Part shown: one piece after another, positions 29,057-39,547 of the stretch
Numbering within the stretch: position 1 is the stretch's first letter
How the letters are laid out: every line of letters begins with the position of its first letter
Assembly: GCA_050916045.1 (NCBI GenBank)
Contig: CP051526.1
Location: 512,001 to 576,000, forward strand
Length of the DNA: 64,000 nucleotides
Source: Tepidisphaera sp.
GTDB lineage: Bacteria > Planctomycetota > Phycisphaerae > Phycisphaerales > UBA1924
Reading direction: 5' to 3'
Made by a program: the position numbers and the translations under genes
Notes under the pieces: generated by a model
The model's database searches: none
Seen by the model: only the letters and a program-made list of their open reading frames with translations
Told to the model about the DNA's origin: nothing

Positions 29057-31507
29057 ATGTCTAGCCCGAGCACGCCGTCCGACGCCGAAACCAACTCCAG
29101 TTCGCCGTTCGGGCCGGGGGTGCCGCACCTTCCCGAGGACGCCACCGCCGAGCAGAAGGATGAGCACTGGTACCAGCACGTCTACAAGGGCGAGCAGATG
29201 CCCCAGCTCACGCTCCGGGCGGTGCTGGTCGGCGGCATTCTGGGCATGTTGATGTCGGCGGCGAACCTGTACACGACGCTCTCGATCGGCTGGGCGTTCG
29301 GGATCGCGATCACGGCGTGCGTGCTTTCGTTTGTCATGTGGAACGTCGTGGTGCTGACGTCCCGCGGCAAGGTGAGCCAGATGTCGATCCTCGAGAACGC
29401 CTGCATGGCGTCGACGGCTTCGGCCGCGGGGTATTCGACGGGTTCGACGATCGCGACGATGTTCGGCGCGGTGGTGCTGCTGGCACCGATCCCCGAAGGC
29501 AAGACGACGGCGGATATGTACACATGGGACATCACCAAGCCCTGGGTGGTCACGATCTTCACCCTGTGCACCGGCCTCATGGGCGTCTTCCTCGCCATTC
29601 CCATGAAGCGGCAGATGATCAACCACGAGCGGCTTCCCTTCCCGTCGGGCACGGCGGCCGCCGAAACCCTCCGAAGCCTCTACAGCCGCAGCGCGGAAGC
29701 GGCCCGCAAGGCGTACGTCCTCGTGACCGGCCTTGTGCTGGGCGTGCTCATCGGCTTCCTGCGGGCGGGCGATGACGTGATCGAGAAGGTCGCGGCGCTT
29801 CGCTGGATCTTCGACAAGATCTCGGCGATCCGCATCCCGTCGGACATCTCGATGCACTTCGCCGACCGGCTTTACCCCGGCGGGCGGCACCCGGCGGGGT
29901 TTGCGTTCGAGCCCTCGGCCCTCTTGATCGCGGCAGGCATGATCGTCGGGATGCGGACGAGCGTCTCGCTTGTGGTCAGCTCGGCGGTTCTCTATCTCGG
30001 CGTGGGCCCCTGGCTCGCCCAGAAGGACGCCGACGTGATGGAGAAGCCGGCGATGACGGTTCTCGCCGCGGCGAAAACCGCTGGCGAGACGATCACGATC
30101 GAAGGCTCCCAGCCCATTCTGCTCGAACTGACCCGCGTCGGCGATACAGTCGCGGATCGCGCCGCCGAGGTCGCCGCTCAGCAGGATGCCGAAGCCGCGT
30201 TGGTCCGCGCCGCGGCCGCCAACGCCCTCAAAGCCAAGATCAGCGGCATCACGAAGGAGCACGACGCGATGGTCAAGGCGGGCGCGACGCCCGAAGCCAT
30301 CAAGGAGAAGGTTGAGGGATGGAAGAAGGGCGTCGTCGGCGTTGCGGCCAGCACTTCCGCCACAGCGACCGCGGCTTCGGTGGCTGAGAAGCCCGGCCGC
30401 GCGGCTCGCGACCAGGCCAAAGCTCAAGCCACGGCGCAGGGCAAGACACCCGCCGAGATCGAGGAAGCCGGCCGGATCGCGATGCAGTCGCTTTCGTACA
30501 AGCCGAGCTTTATCTGGAGCTGGAGCGGCGGCACAGTCACGATCTTCCGCTGGTCGCTTTGGGGCGGCACGGCGATCATGGTCTTCTCGAGCCTGACGGC
30601 CGTCGCGCTGCAGTGGCGGACGATCGCCCGGGCCTTCACCGGCGTCGGCGGTTCGGCCGGGTCGGCGCGTTCGGGGATCGAGGTGCCCGGATCTTGGATG
30701 ATCATCGGGATGGTGCCGATCACGATCGCGATGATCTGGCTTCAGATTCAGGCTTTCGGCGTGACGTGGTACGCCGGGCTGATCGCGGTGGCGATGTCGT
30801 TTGTGCTTTCGCTGGTGGCAAGCCGGGCGACGGGCGAGACGGACACGACTCCGATCGGCGCCATGGGCAAGGTGATGCAGCTGATCTTCGCGGGTCTTGC
30901 GCCGGCGAACGTGCAGGCGAACCTCGCTTCGGCGGGCATCGCGGCCAACTCCGCTTCGTCCTCGGCGGACCTGCTGACGGATCTCAAGACGGGCTACCTG
31001 CTGGGAGCCAACCCCCGCCGGCAGTTCCTGGCTCAGTTCTTCGGCGTCTTCTTCGGCACCGTTGCGATCGTGCCGATCTGGTTCCTGATGGTCCCCACGC
31101 GTGAGAAGCTCGAAGCGTTCGCGCTGCCCTCGACGCGTTCGTGGGAAGCCGTCGCCCGCGTGCTCACCAAGGGCATCTCCGAGTTGCCCCAGTCCGCGGT
31201 GTACGCGATCTTCATCGGCGCGACGATCGGCATCGCCCTGCCGGTGATCGAGCGGCTCATGCCCGCCAAAGCCCGTCGGTTCATGCCCTCGGCGATGGGC
31301 GTGGGTCTCGCGTGGATCATGCCGTTCCAGAACGCGTTCTCGTTCTTCGTGGGCGCTGTGATCGCGATGGTCTGGGGCAAGGCGAGCAAGCGCACCTGCG
31401 ATCAGTACAACGTGCCGATCGCTTCGGGCCTGATCGCCGGCGAGTCGCTCATGGCGGCGGGCTTGGCGATCGCCGCGACCGTCGCGGGCCTGCTGGCCGC
31501 GTCCTGA
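29057..31507 (+). CDS. OPT-family oligopeptide transporter with a large soluble insertion
   Basis: PQLTLRAVLVG, SILEN, LPFPSGTAAAE, GETDTTP, DLKTGYLLGANPRRQ, ASGLIAGESL. Confidence 0.92.
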   Translation: MSSPSTPSDAETNSSSPFGPGVPHLPEDATAEQKDEHWYQHVYKGEQMPQLTLRAVLVGGILGMLMSAANLYTTLSIGWAFGIAITACVLSFVMWNVVVLTSRGKVSQMSILENACMASTASAAGYSTGSTIATMFGAVVLLAPIPEGKTTADMYTWDITKPWVVTIFTLCTGLMGVFLAIPMKRQMINHERLPFPSGTAAAETLRSLYSRSAEAARKAYVLVTGLVLGVLIGFLRAGDDVIEKVAALRWIFDKISAIRIPSDISMHFADRLYPGGRHPAGFAFEPSALLIAAGMIVGMRTSVSLVVSSAVLYLGVGPWLAQKDADVMEKPAMTVLAAAKTAGETITIEGSQPILLELTRVGDTVADRAAEVAAQQDAEAALVRAAAANALKAKISGITKEHDAMVKAGATPEAIKEKVEGWKKGVVGVAASTSATATAASVAEKPGRAARDQAKAQATAQGKTPAEIEEAGRIAMQSLSYKPSFIWSWSGGTVTIFRWSLWGGTAIMVFSSLTAVALQWRTIARAFTGVGGSAGSARSGIEVPGSWMIIGMVPITIAMIWLQIQAFGVTWYAGLIAVAMSFVLSLVASRATGETDTTPIGAMGKVMQLIFAGLAPANVQANLASAGIAANSASSSADLLTDLKTGYLLGANPRRQFLAQFFGVFFGTVAIVPIWFLMVPTREKLEAFALPSTRSWEAVARVLTKGISELPQSAVYAIFIGATIGIALPVIERLMPAKARRFMPSAMGVGLAWIMPFQNAFSFFVGAVIAMVWGKASKRTCDQYNVPIASGLIAGESLMAAGLAIAATVAGLLAAS

Positions 31508-31547
31508 TCGTCACCCCTGGGTTTGATTTGTTCGGAGCTTTGACACG

Positions 31548-33521
31548 ATGGCGATCCCGCAACTGACGGATGAACAGGTTCGTACGTGGTCCCGCGAGCA
31601 GAAGGACCAGTGGTGGCTGAGCAGCGTCTTCCGCGGCGACATGCCGCAGTTGACGGTGCGGTCGGCGATCACCGGCTTCCTGCTCGGGGGCGTGCTGAGC
31701 GCGACCAACCTGTACGTGGGCGCGAAGACGGGGTGGACGCTCGGCGTGGGGCTGACGTCGGTCATCCTCTCGTTCGCGATGTACCGGTTCTTCGCGCGCC
31801 TTGGCGCGAAGGACATGACGATCCTGGAGAACAACTGCACGCAGTCGATCGCGACGGCGGCGGGGTACATGACCGGCCCGCTCATCAGCGGCATGGCGGC
31901 GTACATGTGGGTCGAGAACAAGCTCATGCCGTGGTGGCAGATGCTTCTGTTCAACGTCGTGCTTTCGATCCTCGGCGTGCTCGTCGCGTTCCCGATGAAG
32001 CGGCGGTTCATCAACGACGAGCAGCAGCCCTTCCCGGAGGGCAGGGCGTGCGGCGTCGTGCTCGACACCCTCTACACGTCCCAGGCCGCCGTGGGCATGT
32101 TCAAAGCCAAGGTCCTCGCGTTCTCGGCGCTCTTCGCGGGATCCATCGCGTTCTTCTCGGGCGAGAACTACCAGAAGCTCATCCAGGAGAAGTGGCTTGG
32201 TTTCAAGCAGAACTTCCACCTGCCGCACTACCTCGATGAATGGCTTTACAACCTGATGGGTCGCGCTCCCAAGCTGGCGGGGGTCGACATCCGCGAGCTT
32301 GCGCTTCGGCCGACTCTTGACCTCACGATGTTCGGCGCGGGAGCGCTGATGGGGATCAAATCCGCTTCGAGCATGATGATCGGGATGATCCTGAACTTCG
32401 CGGTGATCGTGCCGATCATGATCGCCCAGGGCGAGATCCTTCCCAAGTCCGGTTCCATCGCGGACGGAACCGCGGTCTTCGGCCGGGCCCACATCCTCAA
32501 CACGTGGGCACTGTGGTGGGGCATCGTGATCATGGTCGTGGCTTCGCTGACCGCGCTCTTCGCCAAGCCGCAGGTCTTCATCCAGGCGTTCAAGGGCCTC
32601 ACGGGCAAGAAGGACACGGGCCAGGATGTGCTCAGCCACATCGAGCTTCCGCTCTGGGTCTCGTTCGTCGGCGTGCCCATCGTGGGCGCGGTTGGCGTCT
32701 GGATGGCGCACGACTGGTTCGGCGTCTCGTGGATCTTCGGCGCCACCGCCATCCCGATGATCATCATCCTGACCCTCATCGCGGCGAGCAGCACGGCTCT
32801 CACCGGCACGACGCCGACCGGCTCACTCTCCAAGATCCCGCAGTTCACCTACGGCGCGCTCGACCCCAAGCACCCGCCGACCAATCTCATGACGGGCGTC
32901 ATGTGCGTCGAGGTCGCGAGCAACGCCAGCAACCTCCTCATGGACATCAAGCCCGGGTACATGCTCGGCGCCAAGCCGCGGCAGCAAGCCTGGGGCCACG
33001 TCATCGGCGTCATCGCCGGCGCCCTCGCAAGCACGCCCCTCTTCTACATCCTCTTCCTCGACGGCTACACGCCTGAGAAGAAGGTTCAGGATCAGATGGT
33101 CACCGAGCAGTTCGCGTTCCCCTCGGCGGTCCAGTGGAAGGGAGTCTCCGATCTGGTCACCAGCATCTTCGGCGATTCGGGAAGCGGCTCGCTCCTGACG
33201 AACTCGATCATCACCTCGATGATCATCGCCGGCGTCGTGGGCCTCGTCTTCGAGGTGATCCGTATCAAGTCCAAGGGCAAGTTCCCGCTGGTTCCGCTGG
33301 CGATCGGCCTGGGCGTCGTCGTCCCGCCGGATTCCACCCTCGCGATGTTCGCCGGTGCGACCTTCTTCTGGGTCATGCACAAGGTCTACAACGCCCGGAA
33401 GGAAAGCCTCGGACACCGCCTCTGGATCGAGTCGCACGAACCGATCTGCGCGGGTCTCATCGCCGGCGCTGCCATCATCGGCATCGGCGACATCCTCGTG
33501 AAGGTCTTCCTGCTCAAGTAA
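31548..33521 (+). CDS. OPT-family oligopeptide transporter
   Basis: PQLTVRSAITG, TILENN, FPEGRACG, DIKPGYMLGAKPRQQ, AGLIAG. Confidence 0.92.
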   Translation: MAIPQLTDEQVRTWSREQKDQWWLSSVFRGDMPQLTVRSAITGFLLGGVLSATNLYVGAKTGWTLGVGLTSVILSFAMYRFFARLGAKDMTILENNCTQSIATAAGYMTGPLISGMAAYMWVENKLMPWWQMLLFNVVLSILGVLVAFPMKRRFINDEQQPFPEGRACGVVLDTLYTSQAAVGMFKAKVLAFSALFAGSIAFFSGENYQKLIQEKWLGFKQNFHLPHYLDEWLYNLMGRAPKLAGVDIRELALRPTLDLTMFGAGALMGIKSASSMMIGMILNFAVIVPIMIAQGEILPKSGSIADGTAVFGRAHILNTWALWWGIVIMVVASLTALFAKPQVFIQAFKGLTGKKDTGQDVLSHIELPLWVSFVGVPIVGAVGVWMAHDWFGVSWIFGATAIPMIIILTLIAASSTALTGTTPTGSLSKIPQFTYGALDPKHPPTNLMTGVMCVEVASNASNLLMDIKPGYMLGAKPRQQAWGHVIGVIAGALASTPLFYILFLDGYTPEKKVQDQMVTEQFAFPSAVQWKGVSDLVTSIFGDSGSGSLLTNSIITSMIIAGVVGLVFEVIRIKSKGKFPLVPLAIGLGVVVPPDSTLAMFAGATFFWVMHKVYNARKESLGHRLWIESHEPICAGLIAGAAIIGIGDILVKVFLLK

Positions 33522-33541
33522 CCGACATCCCGACCACAACG

Positions 33542-33574
33542 AAACGGCCATTCCTTCGCGGAATGGCCGTTTTT
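33542..33574 (+). terminator. Rho-independent terminator between the OPT pair and purL
   Basis: AAACGGCCATTCC-ttcgc-GGAATGGCCGTTT then TT. Confidence 0.8.
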
Positions 33575-33598
33575 CATTGCTCACGAGAGACAGGGCGA

Positions 33599-36500
33599 TC
33601 ACCAGTCCAGCGGAGCGTGCCAGGCGCGGAAAAGCGACTCGACCGGGACGCTCAGGTCCGCCGCGTCCCACGCGAGCACACCCGTCGTGTCCAGCCGGCC
33701 GATGACCGTGTGCCACAAGCCGCCGCACGACCGGCCGTGATCCGTGAGAATCGTTCGCAACTTCGCAAGGTCTGCTTCACGCACCTCGAGCACGTACCGA
33801 GAGGGGTTCTCGGCGAACGCCCACTCGCGCTGTTCGAGGGTTCCGATGTCCGCCGTGACGCGGAGGCCCAAGGGAGACGGGCCAGCCGGCTCGCTCTTGC
33901 CGTTGCGGAGCAGGTCGTCGAGCGTGCTTGACCGCTCGCTCTTCGAAGCCGAGCCCGACGCGATCAGCATCTCCGCCGCCGCCGCCAGCACGCCACCCTC
34001 CGAGCAATCGTGAGCGGAGACGATCAGCCCGTCCTTGATCATCGCGGCGACCGCCGAAGCCGCCGCCGGGCCGAGCTTGAGGTCCACGCGCGGGATCGTC
34101 CCGCCCGCTTCGCCCGTGAGCATCGCGAGGTGGGTCGCTCCGAGTTCGTCGGTCGTGCGGGCGCCGACGACGATGAGCACGTTCCCCGCGGCTTTCGCGT
34201 CCATGGTGACCGTGCGGGCGATGCTCGGCACGATGCCGATGCCGGTGACCAGAAGCGTCGGCGGGATTTCGATGACCTTGGCTTCGCCAGTCGCCGGGTC
34301 CTTGTACCGGAGCTGGTTGTTGAGGCTGTCCTTGCCCGACACGAACGGCGTCCGGTACGCTTTCGCCGCGTCGTAACACCCCTCGGCCGCACGGACGAGC
34401 GTCGCGAGGTTGCGCGGTTCGCCGCAGCTTGGCCAGCAGAAATTGTCGAGGATCGCGATGCGGGTCGGGTCGGTCCCGACACACACGAGGTTCCGGACGA
34501 CCTCGTCGACGGCCGCCAGGACCATCAGGTACGCGTCACCACCGTTCGCCGCATCACCCACCGGCGTCTGTAAGCCTTGGGAAAGCGAAATGCCGCGGCC
34601 GGAGCCCGCGACCGGCTCGAGCACCGCCGCATCGCCCGGCCCGCGTCCCGCCGGGCCAACAAGCGGCTTGGCGATCACGTTCCCCTGCACCTCGTGGTCG
34701 TACTGGCGGATGATCCAGTGCTTGCTCGCGATGTTGGGGTGAGCGAGCAGGGCGAGGAGCGAGTCTTGGACGCTCGCGTTGCGCGAAAGCGTGGGCTGTG
34801 TCCCGGCGGCGGCCGATGGGCCCTTCGCGGTCGCGTGGGGTTCGTGGGTCGCATCCCGGGTGGGCATCGGGATGCCATCGTGCAGGAACGACATCGGAAG
34901 CCGGCCGACCTCGGTCCCCTTGAAGTTCAGGATCAGGTCCGCTCCCGGCGTTCCGAACTGGCCCAGATCCGCCATCGGCACGCCTTCTTCCGCGCAGATC
35001 TGCGTCAGAGCGGCCAGGTGCTTCTCCGGCACCGCGAGCACCATGCGTTCCTGGGCTTCGCTGATCCAGATCTCGGTATACGTGAGCCCGGCGTACTTGA
35101 GCGGAGCCCGCTCAAGGTGCACCTCGGCTCCGATCTCGCCGCCCATCTCGCCCACCGCCGAAGAGAAGCCGCCCGCTCCGCAGTCGGTCATGCCGTTGTA
35201 AAGCGGACCGGCATCCCGAGCCCGCATGATCGCATCGAGGACCCGCTTCTCCTCGATCGCGTTGCCGATCTGCACCGCGTGGGCGAACTCGGTGCTCGCG
35301 TTGGATCCAAGCTCCGCCGAAGAGAACGTCGCGCCGTGCACGCCGTCGCGGCCCGTGCGGCCACCGAGGGCGATGATCCGGTCCCCCGGCTGAGCTTTGC
35401 CCTTGATCAGATGCCGCGGGATCATCCCGATGCACCCCGCAAAGACGAGCGGATTGCCCACGTGACGGGAGTCGAAGAAGACCCCGCCCGAGACCGTCGG
35501 TATGCCCATCCGGTTGCCGTAATCGCGGATCCCCGCGACGACGTCGGTCAGGATCCGCTTGGGCGGCAAGCACCCCGGCGGCAGGTCCTTCATCTCCGGC
35601 ATCGCGACGCAAAAGACGTCCGTGCTTGCGATCGGCTTGGCCCCGAGCCCGGTCCCAATCACGTCGCGGATGCACCCGCCGATGCCCGTCGCCGCTCCGC
35701 CGTACGGCTCGATCGCGCTGGGGCGGTTGTGCGTCTCCACCTTGATGTTGACGGCCCACTGGTCGTCCAGCGCGATCACGCCCGAGTTGTCCTTGAAGAC
35801 GGACAGCGCCCAGTCGCACCCTTCGTCGATAAGCTCGAACGTCGCTGCGGCCACTGTGGACTTCAGCAGGTTCTTGATCGTCACGGTGCCGTCGGGCGCG
35901 ACGGTGTGCCCCGGGCGGCCCTCCCAGCGGATGACGTCCTCACCCTTGCCGCCCTTGTAGCGGATTGTGCTCTTGAGCGTCTTGTGCACACAGTGCTCGG
36001 ACCATGTCTGGGCGATCGTCTCAAGCTCGATGTCGCGCGGGTCGCGGCCGAGGGTTCGATACTCCGCCTGCACGGCTTTCATCTCATCCAAGCTCAGGAA
36101 GAGATGGGCTTCGCGCGACATCACGTTGAGCTGGTCGTCGGTCAGGTCCCGGATGGGGATCTGGCGGATGGCGAAGGGCTGCTCGTGCCCCTTGGGCAAG
36201 CCGGCCGGATGGAACGGAGCGGTGTGCACCGCGTGGATGACGGGGTTGCAAAGCGACCTGCGGGCGAACGCTTCGGCCTGCTGCGGCGTGACGCCCGCGA
36301 GGTCGTAGCGCATGCCGGTGGAGACCTCGGCCTGCTTGCCGGTGAGGTCGGCGATGGCGTCGCGGACGGACTGGGCGGCGGGGTCCATGACGCCCGGCAG
36401 GGGGTGCACCTCGACGACGCTTCCGGAGGGGCCTGAGGTCGGCGTCGCGGTCTCGGAGACCGGGTCGGCCAGGAGCTTTTCGTGCACGGCTTTGAGCTCG

Positions 36501-36679
36501 GCGGGCGAGAGGTCCGCTTCGATCAGGTACACGCGTGCGACGCCGATCTGCGAGGGCTTGAGCCCGGCTTGGGCGGCCTGTTTGGCGACGCTTGCCGCAC
36601 GCGGATCGGTCGCGGGGTTGCGCAGGCGGACTTCGACCCGGTGGACGGTGGGAGCGGCGACGGTGGAGGGGGGTGGCAC
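33599..36679 (-). CDS. purL: Phosphoribosylformylglycinamidine synthase subunit PurL with N-terminal PurS-like domains
   Basis: QTWSEHCVHK, KVETHNRPSAIEPYGGAATG, DCGAGG, SEAQERM, YDHEV, SGKDSL, HDCSEGG. Start approximate (GTG 36679). Confidence 0.93.
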   Translation of the reverse strand: MPPPSTVAAPTVHRVEVRLRNPATDPRAASVAKQAAQAGLKPSQIGVARVYLIEADLSPAELKAVHEKLLADPVSETATPTSGPSGSVVEVHPLPGVMDPAAQSVRDAIADLTGKQAEVSTGMRYDLAGVTPQQAEAFARRSLCNPVIHAVHTAPFHPAGLPKGHEQPFAIRQIPIRDLTDDQLNVMSREAHLFLSLDEMKAVQAEYRTLGRDPRDIELETIAQTWSEHCVHKTLKSTIRYKGGKGEDVIRWEGRPGHTVAPDGTVTIKNLLKSTVAAATFELIDEGCDWALSVFKDNSGVIALDDQWAVNIKVETHNRPSAIEPYGGAATGIGGCIRDVIGTGLGAKPIASTDVFCVAMPEMKDLPPGCLPPKRILTDVVAGIRDYGNRMGIPTVSGGVFFDSRHVGNPLVFAGCIGMIPRHLIKGKAQPGDRIIALGGRTGRDGVHGATFSSAELGSNASTEFAHAVQIGNAIEEKRVLDAIMRARDAGPLYNGMTDCGAGGFSSAVGEMGGEIGAEVHLERAPLKYAGLTYTEIWISEAQERMVLAVPEKHLAALTQICAEEGVPMADLGQFGTPGADLILNFKGTEVGRLPMSFLHDGIPMPTRDATHEPHATAKGPSAAAGTQPTLSRNASVQDSLLALLAHPNIASKHWIIRQYDHEVQGNVIAKPLVGPAGRGPGDAAVLEPVAGSGRGISLSQGLQTPVGDAANGGDAYLMVLAAVDEVVRNLVCVGTDPTRIAILDNFCWPSCGEPRNLATLVRAAEGCYDAAKAYRTPFVSGKDSLNNQLRYKDPATGEAKVIEIPPTLLVTGIGIVPSIARTVTMDAKAAGNVLIVVGARTTDELGATHLAMLTGEAGGTIPRVDLKLGPAAASAVAAMIKDGLIVSAHDCSEGGVLAAAAEMLIASGSASKSERSSTLDDLLRNGKSEPAGPSPLGLRVTADIGTLEQREWAFAENPSRYVLEVREADLAKLRTILTDHGRSCGGLWHTVIGRLDTTGVLAWDAADLSVPVESLFRAWHAPLDW

Positions 36680-36833
36680 GGGCGATGGTAGACGAGAAAG
36701 GCCCGGCTCCGGCGTGCATGGGGTTGCAGCCGGTTCGGCTTCGGGCGGGGGGCCCCCAACTGGACCCGCTTTCCGTCCCCGGCCGATACCACCCTCCCCT
36801 TGTCCCGGCACCCTTCCTGATAGAGTGTGACCC

Positions 36834-38846
36834 ATGTCGACCCCGCCGTTCCCTTCGTCAACCCCCTCCCCGGACGCCAAGCCGGGCGACGGTTCCATCA
36901 CCGTCGGGGGCGGCACCTCCGCGTTCCTCTTCGAGTTCGCGTGGGAGGTCTGCAACCAGGTCGGGGGCATCTACCAGGTCATCCGTTCCAAAGTGCCCTT
37001 CATGGTCGAACGCTGGGGCGACCGGTACTGCTGCGTCGGTCCATGGGACGCGAGCAAAGCCGGCCTTGAGTTCGAGGAAAGCCGGGCGGGCGGCTGGATC
37101 GGACGCGCCATCGACCAGCTCCGCGAGCAAGGCCTGATCGTCCGCCACGGCCGCTGGCTTGTCCCCGGCAGGCCCCGCGTGCTCCTCATCGAGCACTGGC
37201 AGGGCAACCAGAAGCTCGACGAAGCCAAGTACCTCCTCTGGAAGGACCACGGCATCCAGGTCCCCGGCGGCGACGGTCTCATCGACGGCGTCGTTACCTT
37301 TGCCGACGCGGCCCGACGGCTGGTCGAGGCTCTCTGCGAGCATCACGCGGCGATGCGCGGCGGACGCGGGGTCGGAGCAAGTGCCAGCGGCGGTGGGGGA
37401 GCGATCGTCGCCCACTTCCACGAGTGGATGGGCGGCATGGCCATCCCCTTCATCCGCAAGAAGAACCTCCCCGTCGCCACCCTCTTCACCACCCACGCAA
37501 CGCTCCTCGGCCGGTACATGGCGAGCAACGAAACAGACTTCTACGAAAAGCTCCCGTGGGTCGATCAGGCCGAAGCCGCCAGCCGCTACAACATTGTCTG
37601 CCAGCACGGGATGGAACGGGCTTGCGCCCACGGGTCGCACGTCTTCACGACCGTGTCGTCCATTACCGCCGAAGAATGCGAGCATCTGCTCGGCCGCCGC
37701 GTCGACCTCGTCACGCCCAACGCCCTGACGATCTCTTCGTACAACCTCACGCACGATCAGCAGCGGATGCACGGCGAATACAAGGAGCAGATCCACCGTT
37801 TCACGATGGGTCACTTCTTCCCGAGCTACTCCTTTGACCTCGACAAGACGCTCTACTTCTTCACGTCCGGCCGGTTCGAGCCGCGGAACAAGGGCTTTGA
37901 TCTGTGTCTGGAAGCGATGGCCCGGCTCAACGCCAAGCTTCGGCACGCCAAGAGCGACCGCACCGTCGTCTTCTTCATCATCAGCCGCCAGCCCACCCGC
38001 GGCATCAACCCGCTCGCGATGGAAAAGCGCGGCGTGCTCAACGAGCTCCGCGAGATCACCCAGCACATCACCGAAGAAATCGGCCCCAAGCTCTTCCAGA
38101 GGGCGGGTTCCGGCGGCAAGCTCAAGCTCGACGACCTCGTCAGCGAGTACTGGATGCTGCGGTACCGCCGGGCTCAGCACGCGATGAAACAGCATTGCCT
38201 GCCCATGGTCGTGACCCACATGCTCGAGCACGACTCAACCGACCCCGTGCTCGGGCACATCCGCAACCTGCAGCTTTTCAACCGCCCCGAAGACCCCGTC
38301 AAGGTCGTGTACCACCCGGACTTTATCACGCCCCACAACCGCCTGTGGGGTATCGAGTACGACCAGTTCGTCCGCGGCACGCACCTTGGCATCTTCCCAA
38401 GCAGCTACGAGCCCTGGGGCTACACGCCGCTTGAATGTCTGGCGATGGGCATCCCCGCGGTGACGAGCGATCTCGCGGGGTTCGGTCGATTCGTGCAGGA
38501 GCACATGCCCGACCACGACGAGTTCGGCTTGTGGGTGCTCCGCAAGCGCGGCCGGGCATATCACGACGCGGCCGAGGACCTGGCTTCGATCATGTTCCAC
38601 ATGACGACGATGGAGCGGCGCGAACGCATCGCCCTCCGCAACGCCGTCGATAAGCGGTCGTGGGACTTTGACTGGGCCAAGCTCGGCATGGCGTACCACC
38701 GGGCTCACGATCTGTCGATCGAACGGCTCTGGATGGACATCGGGACCTACACGCCGCAGCTTCACCTCGACATCGAGCCCAAAGGTCTAAGCCCCGCTTC
38801 CACGATCGACCCCACGATCGAAGCCCGAAGCACCGACGACCTCTGA
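36834..38846 (+). CDS. Glycogen synthase, GT3 (animal/fungal-type) family
   Basis: FEFAWEVCNQVGGIY, HFHEW, FTTHATLLGRY, GRFE..NKG.D, YHPDF, PSSYEPWGYTPLEC, SDLAGFG. Confidence 0.92.
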   Translation: MSTPPFPSSTPSPDAKPGDGSITVGGGTSAFLFEFAWEVCNQVGGIYQVIRSKVPFMVERWGDRYCCVGPWDASKAGLEFEESRAGGWIGRAIDQLREQGLIVRHGRWLVPGRPRVLLIEHWQGNQKLDEAKYLLWKDHGIQVPGGDGLIDGVVTFADAARRLVEALCEHHAAMRGGRGVGASASGGGGAIVAHFHEWMGGMAIPFIRKKNLPVATLFTTHATLLGRYMASNETDFYEKLPWVDQAEAASRYNIVCQHGMERACAHGSHVFTTVSSITAEECEHLLGRRVDLVTPNALTISSYNLTHDQQRMHGEYKEQIHRFTMGHFFPSYSFDLDKTLYFFTSGRFEPRNKGFDLCLEAMARLNAKLRHAKSDRTVVFFIISRQPTRGINPLAMEKRGVLNELREITQHITEEIGPKLFQRAGSGGKLKLDDLVSEYWMLRYRRAQHAMKQHCLPMVVTHMLEHDSTDPVLGHIRNLQLFNRPEDPVKVVYHPDFITPHNRLWGIEYDQFVRGTHLGIFPSSYEPWGYTPLECLAMGIPAVTSDLAGFGRFVQEHMPDHDEFGLWVLRKRGRAYHDAAEDLASIMFHMTTMERRERIALRNAVDKRSWDFDWAKLGMAYHRAHDLSIERLWMDIGTYTPQLHLDIEPKGLSPASTIDPTIEARSTDDL

Positions 38847-38922
38847 CCGTCCCGCAGACTCAAATCTGTGCTTCGCGGCGACGTGTTCCCGCCGCGACCC
38901 CGCCGACGTACACTCGCGTCGA

Positions 38923-39444
38923 ATGACCGAAGCGTCCAAGCCACACGTTCAGCTCTTCACCGATGGCGCCTGCCTTGGAAACCCCGGTCCGGGCGGCTGG
39001 GCGTACGTGCTCAAGCACCCGGCTTCCGGAAGCAAGCGCGAAGACTCCGGCGCCGAGCCTCAGACCACCAACAACCGGATGGAGCTCCGCGCCGTGATCG
39101 AAGGCCTCGCCGCGATCACCCGCCCAAGCCTCATCGACCTCACCAGCGATTCCCAGTACGTCCTCAATGGACTCAAGGAATGGATGAAAAGCTGGAAGAA
39201 ACGCGGCTGGAAAACCTCGACCAAGGAGCCCGTCAAGAACGTCGATCTCTGGCAGATGCTCGACGTCCTCGTCGCACGCCACGAAGTCCGCTTCCACTGG
39301 ATCCGCGGCCATACCGGCCACGCCGAGAACGAACGCTGCGATGAGCTCAGCGTGATCGCTGCCGAAGCCGTCAAACGCGGCGACCAGAGCGTTGCCCGCC
39401 CCATGCCGAAGATCGAGGGCATTGCGCCGACCACCCTCCTGTGA
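38923..39444 (+). CDS. rnhA: Ribonuclease HI
   Basis: FTDGACLGNPGPGGW, TTNNRMEL, DSQYV, VKNVDLW, GHTGHAENERCDEL. Confidence 0.97.
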   Translation: MTEASKPHVQLFTDGACLGNPGPGGWAYVLKHPASGSKREDSGAEPQTTNNRMELRAVIEGLAAITRPSLIDLTSDSQYVLNGLKEWMKSWKKRGWKTSTKEPVKNVDLWQMLDVLVARHEVRFHWIRGHTGHAENERCDELSVIAAEAVKRGDQSVARPMPKIEGIAPTTLL

Positions 39445-39480
39445 AAAACGGCACGCCCCGCGCTCTCGCGCAGGGCGTGC
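39444..39480 (-). terminator. Hairpin/terminator between convergent rnhA and the dockerin-tagged gene
   Basis: GCACGCCC-c-GCGC tctc GCGC-a-GGGCGTGC, followed by CGTTTTT on the minus strand. Confidence 0.6.
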
Positions 39481-39547
39481 TCGTTCAACACCGCTGGTTA
39501 CACGATCGAATGTCGGCCCGGCGTGACCGTGCCGCGGCCTCGTGCCG

